This document shows positions 17,834-28,824 of a stretch of 64,000 nucleotides of DNA, in pieces; position 1 is the stretch's first letter; each line of letters begins with the position of its first letter. The stretch comes from an uncultured delta proteobacterium (GTDB lineage Bacteria > Desulfobacterota > Desulfomonilia > UBA1062), in contig CAWAUM010000005.1 of the NCBI GenBank assembly GCA_963785235.1, positions 96,001 to 160,000 of the forward strand. Direction: 5' to 3'. Under the pieces are notes generated by a model. The model was not told the DNA's origin, made no database searches, and saw nothing but the letters and a program-made list of their open reading frames with translations. The position numbers were made by a program, and so were the translations under genes.

Positions 17834-19663
17834 TTAAGCCAGGAAGGTTGCCTCGGGCACTTCCATGACGGAATTGTCTCCTTCCTTGATGACCCGCAGG
17901 ATCATCCCCACGGTGGGCAGGATGTTGTGGCAGAAGAACTTCGCTGAAGCCACTTTCCCTGCATAGAATGGGTAGTCAAAATGCTCTGCACCCAGTTCAT
18001 CGATCTTCTTCTGGGCTATTATTGCCTGATCGATCAGGAGTTTTGCGCCATAAAGATAACCGGTGGCATGCAGGATGCGGGTTGCATATAATCCGATCAG
18101 GCCGAACTTGCCCTCTCCAAGGTATCCGGCCATGGTCATCTGGATGTCCTTGTAGTTGGTCAGCGCCTCTTCCAGCAGGCCGATCTGCGTGCAGAGTGCT
18201 GCATTGTCCTTGTTGGCGCCTATGAATTTCTCGATCTCGCTGAGCCACGTGGCAAAGACCTGTCCGCCTGCCATCATCCACTTGCGGCCGATGAGGTCCA
18301 TGGACTGGATGTAGTTGGTGCCTTCCCATATGGGGTAGATCCGGCAGTCTCTGAGCTGCTGTGCAATGGGGTACTCTTCGGAGAAGCCGTAGCCGCCGTA
18401 GCACTGCATGGCTTCCGAGATGCTCAAAAACGCCATGTCCGAGCACCATGCCTTGACGATGGGGATATTTACCTCGATATAGCCCTTGGCCATCTTGCGC
18501 TCGTTCTCGTCGGCCGTGTTCTCGGCAATGTCCATGACATAATAGGAATACGCAATCATGGCCCGGGACGCATCGGTCAGCGACTTCTGGTACATGAGCA
18601 TGCGGCGCACGTCTTCATGTTTGATGATGGGCACTCTTCCGGCCTTGGGGTTGGTGAGCTGCCGGCCCTGGACGCGCCCGCTGGCGTACATGCATGCATT
18701 GTTATAGGCCACTGTTGCCGCCGACATTGCGGCCAGGCCGGTTACTGTGCGCTCTTCGTTCATCATCTGGAACATCTGGGCCATGCCATTGCCTTTTCCG
18801 TCAACCGGGGCATCGCCCAGCAGGTAGCCGCGGCACTTGCCTTCTTCGCCGTAGTTCACGATTGCCGTGGCAGAGCCCCTGAGGCCCATCTTGTTCTCGA
18901 TGCCGCCGCAGTTCACGTCGTTGAAGTCGCCCTTCTCGCCGTTTTCGGTGGGCCAGTACTTGGGCACTACAAACAGGGATATGCCCTTGGTGCCGGGGAC
19001 ACAGCCCTCAATGCGGGCCAGTGCCAGGTGGATAATGTTTTCGGTGATATCCTGCTCGCCGCCGGTGATGAAGCATTTGGTGCCCACGATCTTGTATACG
19101 CCGGGCTCATCGGTGGGGAAGGCCTTGGTCGAGATGTCGCCGACGTCGGAGCCGCTGTTGGGTTCGGTAAGGTCCATGGTGCCGGCCCACTGTCCGCAGA
19201 ACATCTTGGGCAGGAATATATTCTTCACCTTGTCGCTGCCGAAATCCCTGATCAGGCCGGCTGAGCCGGTGGTAGCCATGGCATAGGGGCCTAATGCGGC
19301 ATTTGCGGCTGCGAGGTATTCATTGGTAGCACCCATTAAGCACAGCGGCATGGAGCTGGGGTCGGTGTGGTCGCCATTGCTTGAGCCCAGGCCGTTTTCC
19401 TGGACAGCCCAGTAAGCCTTTTTGAAGGATTCGGGGACAGTGACCTTGCCGTCGCTGTATACGGCATGCTTGGTGTCGCCGTCTTCGTTCGTAGGTGCCA
19501 CGACCTCTTTGGCGATCTTCATGGCGTTTTCAAGGATCGAATCGATATCTTCGACGCTGTAACCGCCTTTGAATCGTCCGGCCTCAAAGACCCTTGACAT
19601 GTCGAGCCATTCTTTCAGGATGAATTTCTGTTCACGGGTTGAATAGAGGAAGTTAGCTGCCAT
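17834..19663 (-). CDS. Acyl-CoA dehydrogenase (long, ~600-aa FadE5-like class)
   Basis: TMDLTEPNSGSD, GTKCFIT, KMGLRGSAT, GGYGF, IWEGTNYIQ. Confidence 0.93.
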   Translation of the reverse strand: MAANFLYSTREQKFILKEWLDMSRVFEAGRFKGGYSVEDIDSILENAMKIAKEVVAPTNEDGDTKHAVYSDGKVTVPESFKKAYWAVQENGLGSSNGDHTDPSSMPLCLMGATNEYLAAANAALGPYAMATTGSAGLIRDFGSDKVKNIFLPKMFCGQWAGTMDLTEPNSGSDVGDISTKAFPTDEPGVYKIVGTKCFITGGEQDITENIIHLALARIEGCVPGTKGISLFVVPKYWPTENGEKGDFNDVNCGGIENKMGLRGSATAIVNYGEEGKCRGYLLGDAPVDGKGNGMAQMFQMMNEERTVTGLAAMSAATVAYNNACMYASGRVQGRQLTNPKAGRVPIIKHEDVRRMLMYQKSLTDASRAMIAYSYYVMDIAENTADENERKMAKGYIEVNIPIVKAWCSDMAFLSISEAMQCYGGYGFSEEYPIAQQLRDCRIYPIWEGTNYIQSMDLIGRKWMMAGGQVFATWLSEIEKFIGANKDNAALCTQIGLLEEALTNYKDIQMTMAGYLGEGKFGLIGLYATRILHATGYLYGAKLLIDQAIIAQKKIDELGAEHFDYPFYAGKVASAKFFCHNILPTVGMILRVIKEGDNSVMEVPEATFLA

Positions 19664-19714
19664 TTTTAAATTCTCCTTCTCGGTTTTTGTGGGGACTTAC
19701 CTAAGAACGTCGAC

Positions 19715-19744
19715 ATTATAATGAATTGCCGTTCATTTTGTCAA
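19715..19744 (-). promoter_or_regulatory. Sigma-70 promoter with palindromic operator in the spacer
   Basis: TTGACA (19739-44)-N18-TATAAT (19715-20) on the minus strand; AATGAA-N6-TTCATT palindrome at 19720-19737. Confidence 0.7.
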
Positions 19745-19836
19745 CAAATGAAAGTGCAGTTTTACTGCACGGCCGGATATAGGTTCCAGTTTACTTTACT
19801 ATCAGATGCATAACAGGCTGGCTGTTCACCAGGCGA

Positions 19837-20052
19837 CTATTTCTCTTGATCCTTATCCGAGCGCTGGCGGGCGGCCTCTATGATGAGGTTGGCCGTGAAT
19901 ACGCCGATGTAAACGAACAGGGCGATACCCCCCTTGAAAACGTTCAGTCCGGGCTGGGCCAAATGAATCATGATTACGATAGCAACAGTGGCCACGAGAG
20001 ACACAACGGCTGTAATGATAATAAGCTGAGCATCGAGTTTAAACAGTCCCAT
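19837..20052 (-). CDS. Small two-TM hypothetical membrane protein
   Basis: 71 aa with two hydrophobic segments; overlaps the thioesterase stop; GGAGG upstream. Confidence 0.6.
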   Translation of the reverse strand: MGLFKLDAQLIIITAVVSLVATVAIVIMIHLAQPGLNVFKGGIALFVYIGVFTANLIIEAARQRSDKDQEK

Positions 20053-20536
20053 CGATAGCCTCTTTATTCAAGGAATTCATCTGTTCAGGCATCATTACAA
20101 CAACCACTTCACCCTGTGCACATAGAGTTCCCCGGGCAGAGACCGTAACGTTCACGATGACTTTGCGCCCTTTCATTTCCGTAACCTTTCCCCTCAAAGC
20201 AAGAGTCACACCCAATGGTGTCGGCTGCAGATAATTCACGTGCAATGACGCAGTCACAAATCTCAGAGGCGGTTCGGTGCCCATGTCACGGCCTTCCTTG
20301 CGGTATGCGGCAGCCGATGCAGTGCCGGTGGCGTGGCAGTCTATGAGCGATGCAATTAACCCGCCGTACACATAACCCGGGATTGCGGTGTGGTAAGGTT
20401 GCGGGGTAAACAGGGCTATGCTCTCATCTCCATCCCAGTAGCTCCTGATATGCAGGCCCTGCTCATTGAGGCGGCCGCATCCATAGCAGTGACTCAGATG
20501 GTCCGGGTAGTATTCTTGGAATGACTTTTCATCCAT
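20039..20536 (-). CDS. PaaI/hotdog-fold thioesterase
   Basis: CYGCG, YGGLIASLIDCH, FVTASLHVNYLQPTP. Confidence 0.88.
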   Translation of the reverse strand: MDEKSFQEYYPDHLSHCYGCGRLNEQGLHIRSYWDGDESIALFTPQPYHTAIPGYVYGGLIASLIDCHATGTASAAAYRKEGRDMGTEPPLRFVTASLHVNYLQPTPLGVTLALRGKVTEMKGRKVIVNVTVSARGTLCAQGEVVVVMMPEQMNSLNKEAIDGTV

Positions 20537-20545
20537 TTCGATATC

Positions 20546-21088
20546 TTAAGCAGCGCCGCCTTTTATCGCGATAAAGCCCTGCGCAGGTGTCCCGGTGTCG
20601 GCCGGTGTCCCGGCAATCTGTGAAAGGTATGCCGGACCAAGCTTGGTTATATGTTCTCCGACATTGTCAAAGTAATTGTAGTGGGTCTGCTCTTCATCAA
20701 TGATGGTCTCAAAGAGCTTCATGCTTGTGCTGTCACCGTTCTCCCTGCATACCAGCACGAACTGATTGTAGATATCGATGGCATCGTCCTCGAGAGCGGC
20801 ATTGAAAGGGAAGATGGCCTCGACCTTCTGCCCCTTCTCAATCTTAGAGACCGGCTCTGCCGTGGGTTCACCCCCGAGTTCCTTGATCCGCTCTGCGAAC
20901 ATCTCGGCATGGCGCATCTCGTCTATTGCAATGAGCTTCACCTTCAATGCCAGATCACCATAATCCATGTTGTCCAGGTTATAGTGCTGGTTCATGTATT
21001 GATAGATAGCCTTGAGTTCCATGGAGCGTGCCTTGTTGAGAACCTCAACAACTTTTTTCTTTTTCGTATCTCTTGAGTCACGTGCCAT
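20546..21088 (-). CDS. bfr: Bacterioferritin (Desulfovibrio type)
   Basis: ELKAIYQYMNQH, IAIDEMRHAE (heme Met and ferroxidase ligands), EDDA, DEEQTH. Confidence 0.9.
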   Translation of the reverse strand: MARDSRDTKKKKVVEVLNKARSMELKAIYQYMNQHYNLDNMDYGDLALKVKLIAIDEMRHAEMFAERIKELGGEPTAEPVSKIEKGQKVEAIFPFNAALEDDAIDIYNQFVLVCRENGDSTSMKLFETIIDEEQTHYNYFDNVGEHITKLGPAYLSQIAGTPADTGTPAQGFIAIKGGAA

Positions 21089-21377
21089 CACATACCTCCA
21101 TCATGTAATATCATTTCATTATAAGGATTTGTTAGTAAACTTACAAGACCTCACTGGATGCATGGAAATATTTTGTGCTTGACAGTATCCCGCTTCACGT
21201 TTATTTATATTTCATATCTGAAATATGAATATATCTGACCCGAATCTTGCGTTACGAATGGTACCTTCGGATACACTTCTCAAGCAAAATTCCATTGATG
21301 ATAGATTCTGTTTTCAGAAATACACAAAAACAGACCCAAGGTTTTGCCGAGCTGGGATCTGGATTAAGAGGTAAGCA

Positions 21378-21578
21378 ATGGCACAAGGAACAGTAAAATG
21401 GTTTAACGATTCAAAAGGTTTTGGTTTCATCACAGCAGACGGTGGACAGGATGTATTCGTGCACCATTCATCGATCAATGGGGAAGGGTTTAAATCTCTT
21501 GAAGAGGGTCAGCGTGTAACATTCGACATCGTTGCAGGACCCAAGGGGCCTCAGGCTTCAAACGTAAGCAAAGCCTAA
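21378..21578 (+). CDS. Cold-shock protein (CspA family)
   Basis: GTVKWFN, KGFGFI, DVFVHHS; long 5' leader with TTGACA at ~21179. Confidence 0.95.
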   Translation: MAQGTVKWFNDSKGFGFITADGGQDVFVHHSSINGEGFKSLEEGQRVTFDIVAGPKGPQASNVSKA

Positions 21579-21587
21579 GCAGTTCAC

Positions 21588-21611
21588 AGGGGCAGGTTTA
21601 TCCTGCCCCTT
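21588..21611 (+). terminator. Hairpin after csp (terminator or REP-like)
   Basis: AGGGGCAGG-tttat-CCTGCCCCT. Confidence 0.6.
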
Positions 21612-21847
21612 GATCTTTATGAGCAGCACCCGTTATCAACGGGTTGAGTTATAAATTAATACACGAAGGTATAGTTGTATTTACAGCACTGATTGCTCAC
21701 CGAGGATTAGATCAGAACAAGTCTTACAATCTTTAGAGTTATCCTTTCTCCAGGCAACAATCAATGCGGCGCCCTTGATATGGTGAAATTGGTTGCAAAA
21801 TCAGGGGGTCAATCGGTTTCCTTTTTCCGGACAGATCATCTTCCGCT

Positions 21848-23300
21848 TCAGCACGCCCGCCCTTTAAGATTGAAGAGCAGTCTGAGAATTGACCGGGTCT
21901 TATCCGAGAAAAGTTTCGAGGCAAAGTATTTTCCTGCAGCACGTTTGGAGATCTCGGATAATGTCGGATAGAGGTGAACAGCGCCTGCCATAGTGGCCAG
22001 GCCCACATTGCCGTTTCTGGCGAGAATCCATTCATGTATGAGCTCTCCGGCATGAACCCCGATAATCTGAGCACCCAGCAGCTTGCCACCACCGTCCAGC
22101 AACAGCTTGATCTTGCCCTGTTGCTCTCTCTCGGCTTGGGCACGATCGTTTTCAGAGAAAAACTCTTCCATCACGCTATAGCTGGTGCCTTCCTTTTGAG
22201 CGCGTTTCTCATTGATTCCAATGCTTGCTATTTCAGGAGAGGTATAGGTACACCAGCCTATCCTGGTGTAATCAGCCCTGCGCGGCAGGCGCAGGACAGC
22301 ATTTGAAAGGGCAATACCTCCTTCGTAGCCTGCCACATGGGTGAAGGGCATCACCCCGTTTATATCTCCGCAGGCATAGATGTGGGACATGTTCGTCTTC
22401 ATGCGGTCATTTGTCGGGATGCCTCTGGGCGTGTAATCGATCCCTGCGGCCTCCAGTGAGAGTCCATCCACATTAGGTTTTCTTCCTGCTGCAACGAGCA
22501 GGGCGTCTGCCTCAATGACTTGCTCAAGGCCCTCTCCCCGGGTAGAACCGATGGTGAGAAGGATGTGTCCATTCCCTTTTTCCACCCGCATTGCCTTGGT
22601 ATCGGTATGGATCACCACACCCTCGGACATGAGCTGATTTTTAAGGATTTCAGCCATATCAACGTCTTCAGAGCCAAGGATCTGATCCATGAATTCTATT
22701 ATGGTTACCTTTGATCCGAGACGCGCGAAGGCCTGGGCCATCTCGCAGCCGATGGGTCCGCCTCCGAGCACGATAAGACGCCCCGGGAGCGTTCGGGCAG
22801 AGAACACGGTCTCGTTTGTCAGGTAAGGGACATCTTTCAGGCCATCAATAGTCAGGCAGGGCAGGGGAAGATCCTGTGGCGATGATCCAGCTCCTGGCCG
22901 AAATACGGTTACCGTCCAGGTTTACGACATGATCATCAACAAATTCCGGGTCACCGAACCGGACAAGTGCGCCCAATGAGCAGAAACGTTCAGGCGAGTC
23001 GTGATGCTGGATAGTTTCTATCACCTCAGCCACCCTGTCCATTACTGCGCCGAGGTCTACAGGCGGCAGCGCCAGGCCTGGCAGGCCGAATTCTGCAGAT
23101 CTTCGGGCCAGCGCCCAGACGGATGCCGTACGGATGAGTGTCTTGGAGGGCACACATCCGAAGTGCAGGCAGTCCCCTCCGAGCTTGCCGGACTTTTCCA
23201 TGAGGATGGTCTTTGCACCGAACTGTGCAGCGCCTGCGGCAGCAGTAAGCCCTGCAGCCCCACCGCCGATGATACCGAGATCATAGTCATAGCGAGCCAT
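21848..23300 (-). CDS. Pyridine nucleotide-disulfide oxidoreductase (MerA/LpdA-like; frameshift ~22850)
   Basis: GGGAAG, GGDCLHFGCVPSK redox pair, GGGPIGCE, IYACGD, HLYPT. Confidence 0.85.
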
Positions 23301-23320
23301 GCGTTTCTCCTCATGGAAGG

Positions 23321-25021
23321 TCAATGAACCTCTTGGATTATCCGGTTAATGGCCGCAGTGATGTCAGGCCCTGAGATATGAAGCCTGATGAGTTGCCTGC
23401 CTGCAGCCTTGAGCGCTTCTCCATCGCCCATGGCCTGGGCCGCTTTCAGGACACCGAATGTCATGGATGAGCTTTCTGATCCTGCCTCGTCGGGGATGGC
23501 CAGGTCAAAGGCATCATCGCATGTTATCTGGATAAACATCCCTTTCCCGGCATCGCCCTTGTGGAGCTGGCCGGTCGAATGCAGAAAACGCGGGCCAAAA
23601 CCGAGTGTGGTCGGGATACGGTACTTATCGAGGAGCCCTAGCCTCAATTCCTGTAAGGCCTGTTCAATCTCACGGGTGGGATTTAGGTAAGCCTGGATCG
23701 AGATGTAGGAGCCTTCCTGTATATGGGAGAAAAAATCCTGCATTACCTGGGTCAGGTCAGAAGAGGGTGAGTCGTAAAACACACAGAGGTCTTTGTCCAC
23801 AAGGGCTGCGGAATGGGTGCACAGGTTCCCCTTCCGGCGGTATTCGTCCATGGCCTTGCGGGAGAGCACCTTGGCAGATTCCACATCAGGCTGGTCAAAG
23901 GGATTGATTCCAAGGACATGACAGGCAACGGCCACGGCAAATTCCCAGAGGAAGAACTGGCCGCCCACGTCGTAGATGTCATCCAGAAAAATCCGTATAA
24001 CCGGGTGGCCTGCATCTGAGAGCCTGCCCAATTCAGGCTCGATGGTATCATCCCCGGGGAGTTTCATGGAGATGAAGACCCTGTCATTACGGTACAGTTC
24101 AGGGCTGTCGGGGGGCTCGCCGATAACCGGGAGTATGCCGTTGCCTTCCTTGCCTGTGCTCTCGGCAATGAGCTGCTCCACCCAGTCTCCGAAAGCGGCA
24201 ATCTTATCAGCAATGAAGAAGGTAAGCTTGTCTCTCCCCGCACAGGCCAGGGCGCCCAGAGCAGCACCGAGTTTAGCGCCGTCATTGCGGCCCGACCATG
24301 AGCAGTCGTTCTGTCCGCAGGCTTCTACAGAGGCAATTGCACGCTCCAGCAGCAGGGGTATGTCCATGCCCATGAGAGATCCCGGGACAAGGCCGAAAAC
24401 GGATAAGGCGGAAAAACGGCCGCCGATTGTAGTGTCCCCGGGAAAAACCTTGCGGAACCCTAATTCTGAGGCAACCTCGTTAAATGAATTTCCCGGGTCC
24501 GTAATGGCTATGAAATGCTCTCCTGCCTTGTCTTTGCCTACGGAGCTTATGGTCCGGTTATAGAAATATTTAAAAAAGGACAGCACCTCGGCAGTAGTAC
24601 CTGATTTGGAAGACACGATGAAAAGGCGCTTTTCAGGATTGACTGCATCTGCAAGGACCGTAACGGCAGCAGGATCGGTGCTGTCGAGCACTGCGAGGTC
24701 AAGGAAACCGTCTTGGACACCGAATATTCTTTTCAGCATGTCCGGGGCCAGTGATGAACCGCCCATGCCCAGCAGGAGTGCATGGGTATAGCCCTCAGAG
24801 CGCACTTCATCGGTAAATGTTTTCAGCTCTGTGACCCGTTGCCTCATGTTCATGGGACTTCTCAGCCACCCGAGCCTGTTGGTGATTTCCTTTGGTTCCA
24901 TCTTCCAGACCGTGTGGTCCATGTCCCAGATCCGCTTGATTGTCCTGTTGCTCTCGATCTTCTTAAAGGCATCCTCCACAGCAACACGGTAAGGGCCGAG
25001 GCTCATTTCAATTTTTACCAT
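23321..25021 (-). CDS. pgi: Glucose-6-phosphate isomerase (type usually linked to transaldolase)
   Basis: GMGGSSL, SSKSGTT, GGRFS, EQLIAESTGK, NPFDQPDVE, HSTGQLHKG. Confidence 0.88.
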   Translation of the reverse strand: MVKIEMSLGPYRVAVEDAFKKIESNRTIKRIWDMDHTVWKMEPKEITNRLGWLRSPMNMRQRVTELKTFTDEVRSEGYTHALLLGMGGSSLAPDMLKRIFGVQDGFLDLAVLDSTDPAAVTVLADAVNPEKRLFIVSSKSGTTAEVLSFFKYFYNRTISSVGKDKAGEHFIAITDPGNSFNEVASELGFRKVFPGDTTIGGRFSALSVFGLVPGSLMGMDIPLLLERAIASVEACGQNDCSWSGRNDGAKLGAALGALACAGRDKLTFFIADKIAAFGDWVEQLIAESTGKEGNGILPVIGEPPDSPELYRNDRVFISMKLPGDDTIEPELGRLSDAGHPVIRIFLDDIYDVGGQFFLWEFAVAVACHVLGINPFDQPDVESAKVLSRKAMDEYRRKGNLCTHSAALVDKDLCVFYDSPSSDLTQVMQDFFSHIQEGSYISIQAYLNPTREIEQALQELRLGLLDKYRIPTTLGFGPRFLHSTGQLHKGDAGKGMFIQITCDDAFDLAIPDEAGSESSSMTFGVLKAAQAMGDGEALKAAGRQLIRLHISGPDITAAINRIIQEVH

Positions 25022-25023
25022 GG

Positions 25024-26112
25024 TTACAGCACCTCTTTGCGCTTGGTATCGATACTGTTCAGAAGCGACTCAAAGGATGAGGCAAAGGATCGCACCCCAT
25101 CTTCTTCGAGTTTTTTCGTTATGGCATCCAGGTTCAATCCAAGTTCGGCGAGTTGATCCATCAGGTTTTTCGCATGCTCAAGACCTGCTTCCAAGCTGGG
25201 CGATACCTGTCCATGGTCAAGGAACATCCCTAACGTTGAAGGGGGCAGTGTGTTCACCGTGTGGGGGCCGATAAGCTTGTCTACATACAGGGTGTCGGAA
25301 TATCCGGGGTTCTTGGTCCCGGTGCTGGCCCACAAGACCCGCTGCACATGCGCACCGTTGCCGGCCAGCCTCTCCCAGCGATGTCCTGAAAAGATCGACT
25401 TGAAACGGCCATAGGCGATCTTGGCGTTTGCAATTGCAGCCTTGCCCAGCAGATCCTTATTCCCGATTTTAGCAAGCTCCGCATCCACCGAAGTGTCTAC
25501 CCGGCTTACAAAGAACGAGGCCACAGAGGCGATTTTAGAGATGTCACCACCTGCTGAGAGGTGTTTTTCCAACCCCGAGATGTAGGCTTCGGCAGCCTTG
25601 ACATACTGAGACAGGGAGAAGAGCAGTGTCACATTCACGTTCACCCCGCCGGCAATAAGCGCCTCAACTGCCGGGATGCCGGCATCAGTTGCAGGGACCT
25701 TGATCATGACATTGGGTTTACCCAGCGCCTTGAAAAGCCTTTTCCCCTCCTGAACAGTGTTGTCGGTGTCATAGGCCAGTTTCGGGCTTACCTCCAGGCT
25801 TACGAACCCGTCGAGCCCGCGGGTGTTCACATAAACCGGAAGGAACAGATCAGCTGTCAGCAGGATATCCCGCAGGACGAGCTCCTCATATATCTCTTGA
25901 GTGGATTTTCCGTTTTTTGCGAGCCTCCTCAAGGCATCATCATAATCGTGGCTCCCTGCAATGGCCTTCTCAAAGATAGTAGGATTGCTGGTTACACCCC
26001 GGACGCCCTGATCGATGAGGTTCTGCAACTCGCCCGAGCTTATCAGCGAGCGCTGGATATAATCGAACCATATGGCCTGGCCGAGATCGGCAAGATCGTG
26101 CAGTTTTCCCAT
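25024..26112 (-). CDS. tal: Transaldolase
   Basis: GVTSNPTIF, VSLEV, MIKVPAT, NVTLLFS, ASFFVSR, LWASTGTK. Confidence 0.95.
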   Translation of the reverse strand: MGKLHDLADLGQAIWFDYIQRSLISSGELQNLIDQGVRGVTSNPTIFEKAIAGSHDYDDALRRLAKNGKSTQEIYEELVLRDILLTADLFLPVYVNTRGLDGFVSLEVSPKLAYDTDNTVQEGKRLFKALGKPNVMIKVPATDAGIPAVEALIAGGVNVNVTLLFSLSQYVKAAEAYISGLEKHLSAGGDISKIASVASFFVSRVDTSVDAELAKIGNKDLLGKAAIANAKIAYGRFKSIFSGHRWERLAGNGAHVQRVLWASTGTKNPGYSDTLYVDKLIGPHTVNTLPPSTLGMFLDHGQVSPSLEAGLEHAKNLMDQLAELGLNLDAITKKLEEDGVRSFASSFESLLNSIDTKRKEVL

Positions 26113-26250
26113 GAACGTACTCCTTTGAGTGTTGGATCGTGTGTAATCTTCTATTAACAGGAATAAGGTATGGGACACAAGACGGAAGGGTGAATGCAGT
26201 AGTAACATTTTCACACCCAGATTCTGAGTAAAAGCTTTTTAAAAACCTGA

Positions 26251-26299
26251 ACCGAAAAAAATGTATGAGTTCCGAAGGAACTCATACATTTTTTTCGGT
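26251..26299. repeat. Perfect 23-bp inverted repeat with 3-nt loop
   Basis: ACCGAAAAAAATGTATGAGTTCC-gaa-GGAACTCATACATTTTTTTCGGT. Confidence 0.85.
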
Positions 26300-26410
26300 C
26301 TAAGTTTTTGTGCTCTAGGGCAAAATATGAGGATCAAGCAAGGTAGAACGTCTAAGAGGAAGGCGTACCCAAACAGAAAATCAGGAGATGTGTTGTTGCG
26401 ATCAAAATAA

Positions 26411-26438
26411 ACAGGGCAGGTACGTGGACCTGCCCTGT
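26411..26438 (-). terminator. Hairpin downstream of tkt (terminator or REP-like)
   Basis: ACAGGGCAGGT-acgtgg-ACCTGCCCTGT. Confidence 0.6.
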
Positions 26439-26462
26439 CAGCACTATCTTCTTAGTGATTAA

Positions 26463-28538
26463 TCACTCACTTTTTTTCTTGCCCTTCTTTAACAAACTGC
26501 GTGCAGCATCAACAACAGCCAGAACAGTTATGCCGAACTTTTCATAGAGAACCCCGGCAGGGGCGCTGGCACCGAAACCATCCATGCCGATTATGATGCC
26601 TTCGAGTCCCACATAGTGTTCCCATCCGAGCCGTAAGCCTGCCTCAACTGCCACCCTGGCCTTGACTTCGGGGGGCAGAACACTCATGCGGTACTCAAGA
26701 CATTGCCTGTCAAAGATCTCCCAGCTGGGCATTGAAACAACACGCACCTTGATTTTATCGTTCGACAGGACATATGCGGCATCCAGGGCGAGGCTCAGCT
26801 CGGATCCTGTTGAAATGAGTATAACATCAGGCACCGCCTTGGCGGATTCCCACAAGATGTACCCGCCTTGTTCCAGCCCCTTTGCCTGTGAGCACTTTTT
26901 TCTGTCAATTGCAGGCACGTCCTGCCGGGTGAGGATCAGGGCCGTTGGGCCATCAATCCTGCTTATGGCTGCTTTGAATGCATGGGAGGTCTCCTGGGCG
27001 TCACAAGGACGAATCACTGTCAGGTTCGGAACTCCCCTGAGGCCCATGATCTGTTCTATGGGCTGGTGGGTAGGGCCATCCTCACCGACGCCGATACTAT
27101 CATGGGTGAAAATATAGAGACTGCGGACCCCTGAAAGGCATGCAATGCGGATTGCAGGCCGCATGTAGTCGGAAAACATGAGGAACGTGGATGCATAGGG
27201 GATTATGCCGCCGTGCAGCGCCATGCCGGTGGTGATAGCGGCCATTGCATGCTCGCGAACCCCGAAGTGGATGTTTCTGCCATCGAAACCCCAGCATGTA
27301 CCCACGGATCCCTGGACGTTATCACTGCAGAGTTCGGGGTTCTGGAAATCCCCGCATTCCTTTAGCCAGGTGAGCGTGGATGGATTCAGGTCGGCAGAGC
27401 CGCCTGCCAGGGCGGGAATCTTTTTGGCAAGGTGCTGGAGCACCGTCTCACCTGCCTTTCTCGTGGACATGGCCTTCTTGTCAGGGAAGAGTTCCGCAAT
27501 ACCCGCATCCAAAGCCTTTGGCAGCTCTGAGCTCAAAGAGCCTCTTAATTCTTCCGCCTGTTCGGGGAAAGACCTGCTGTACCGGAAAAAGGCCTGCTGC
27601 CAGTCTGATTCACAAGCCTTGCCTCGCTCTCTGGCCTTGAGAAAATGGTCATGAACGTCATCTGCAACAAAGAACTGCCTTGATTCATTCCAGCCCAGGG
27701 CCTTTTTTGCTTGGCGAAGTTCATCATCCCCAAGCGGAGATCCGTGAACCTTGTATGACCCCTGCTTGTTCGGGGAACCGAAGCCGATTACCGTGTCCAC
27801 AATGATGAGCGAAGGCCGGGTCTTTTCTTCTTTCGCCGTCAGAATAGCCAGGTCAATCGTGGCGAGATCATTGCCGTCATGTACATGCTGGGTGTTCCAC
27901 CCGCAGGCCTCGAAGCGTTTTTCAGTGTCTTCGGTAAAACACAGGTCAGTAGATCCGGCCAGAGATATCCGGTTGCTGTCGTACAATACAATGAGCTTGC
28001 CGAGCCCAAGATGACCTGCAAGCGAGCATGCCTCATAGGCTACACCCTCCATGAGGTCTCCGTCCCCTGCAAGCACATAGGTATAGTGGTCAATTACGGT
28101 ATGGCCGGGTTTGTTGTAGAGTGACGCCAGGTGCGCTTCGGCCATGGCCATGCCGACTGCGCTCGATATCCCCTGACCCAGGGGGCCTGTGGTTATCTCA
28201 ACACCTGGTGTAATGAGGCTTTCAGGGTGCCCTGGCGTCTTGCTGCCCCATTGGCGGAATTTCTGGAGTTCACTGATCGGCAGGTCGTAGCCTGTAAGGT
28301 GCAGCAGCGCATAGAGCAAGGATGACCCATGACCTGCCGAGAGGACGAACCGGTCCCTGTCAACCCACTTGGGATTGGAAGGGTTGTGCTTCATATGTCC
28401 GGTCCAGAGCATATAGGCCATGGGCGCTGCGCCCATGGGCAATCCGGGGTGACCGGAGTTTGCTTTCTGGATGGCATCTGCTGCGAGAAAACGGATGGTA
28501 TTGATGCAGCGTTCGTCAAGCTCCGAGTTTATCGACAT
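26463..28538 (-). CDS. tkt: Transketolase
   Basis: [51 protein letters not shown]. Confidence 0.96.
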   Translation of the reverse strand: MSINSELDERCINTIRFLAADAIQKANSGHPGLPMGAAPMAYMLWTGHMKHNPSNPKWVDRDRFVLSAGHGSSLLYALLHLTGYDLPISELQKFRQWGSKTPGHPESLITPGVEITTGPLGQGISSAVGMAMAEAHLASLYNKPGHTVIDHYTYVLAGDGDLMEGVAYEACSLAGHLGLGKLIVLYDSNRISLAGSTDLCFTEDTEKRFEACGWNTQHVHDGNDLATIDLAILTAKEEKTRPSLIIVDTVIGFGSPNKQGSYKVHGSPLGDDELRQAKKALGWNESRQFFVADDVHDHFLKARERGKACESDWQQAFFRYSRSFPEQAEELRGSLSSELPKALDAGIAELFPDKKAMSTRKAGETVLQHLAKKIPALAGGSADLNPSTLTWLKECGDFQNPELCSDNVQGSVGTCWGFDGRNIHFGVREHAMAAITTGMALHGGIIPYASTFLMFSDYMRPAIRIACLSGVRSLYIFTHDSIGVGEDGPTHQPIEQIMGLRGVPNLTVIRPCDAQETSHAFKAAISRIDGPTALILTRQDVPAIDRKKCSQAKGLEQGGYILWESAKAVPDVILISTGSELSLALDAAYVLSNDKIKVRVVSMPSWEIFDRQCLEYRMSVLPPEVKARVAVEAGLRLGWEHYVGLEGIIIGMDGFGASAPAGVLYEKFGITVLAVVDAARSLLKKGKKKSE

Positions 28539-28824
28539 ATAGTAAGCCTCCTCTTGTTGGCTATTTTCTCTAACAGTCATGTCTTCATACGAGGCACCCA
28601 TGAGGAACCTGTTTTCTTTGATGACATGTATAAGTATATTTTTGCAGTCTCTATTACAATAATCATTTCCGGTAGTCTATAACTTAGGCGTCAGGTGCGG
28701 GTGCGCCTCCTAAAAGATTGCACCTGAAGCCGGGTAGCCAAAGCCTTCTTTGACTTTTTCAGTGGCAAATCTTATTCTTTACATGAGGTATATGTACTGA
28801 ACGAAAGCCTTAGAAGGGGGAATT

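Noticed and set aside
21848-23300. True mercuric reductase MerA
   Set aside because: No N-terminal HMA domain, no C-terminal Cys-Cys pair and no mer operon context.
23321-26112. Tal-Pgi fusion protein
   Set aside because: tal has a TAA stop and pgi starts 2 nt later with its own GAGG RBS in a different frame; treated as two genes.
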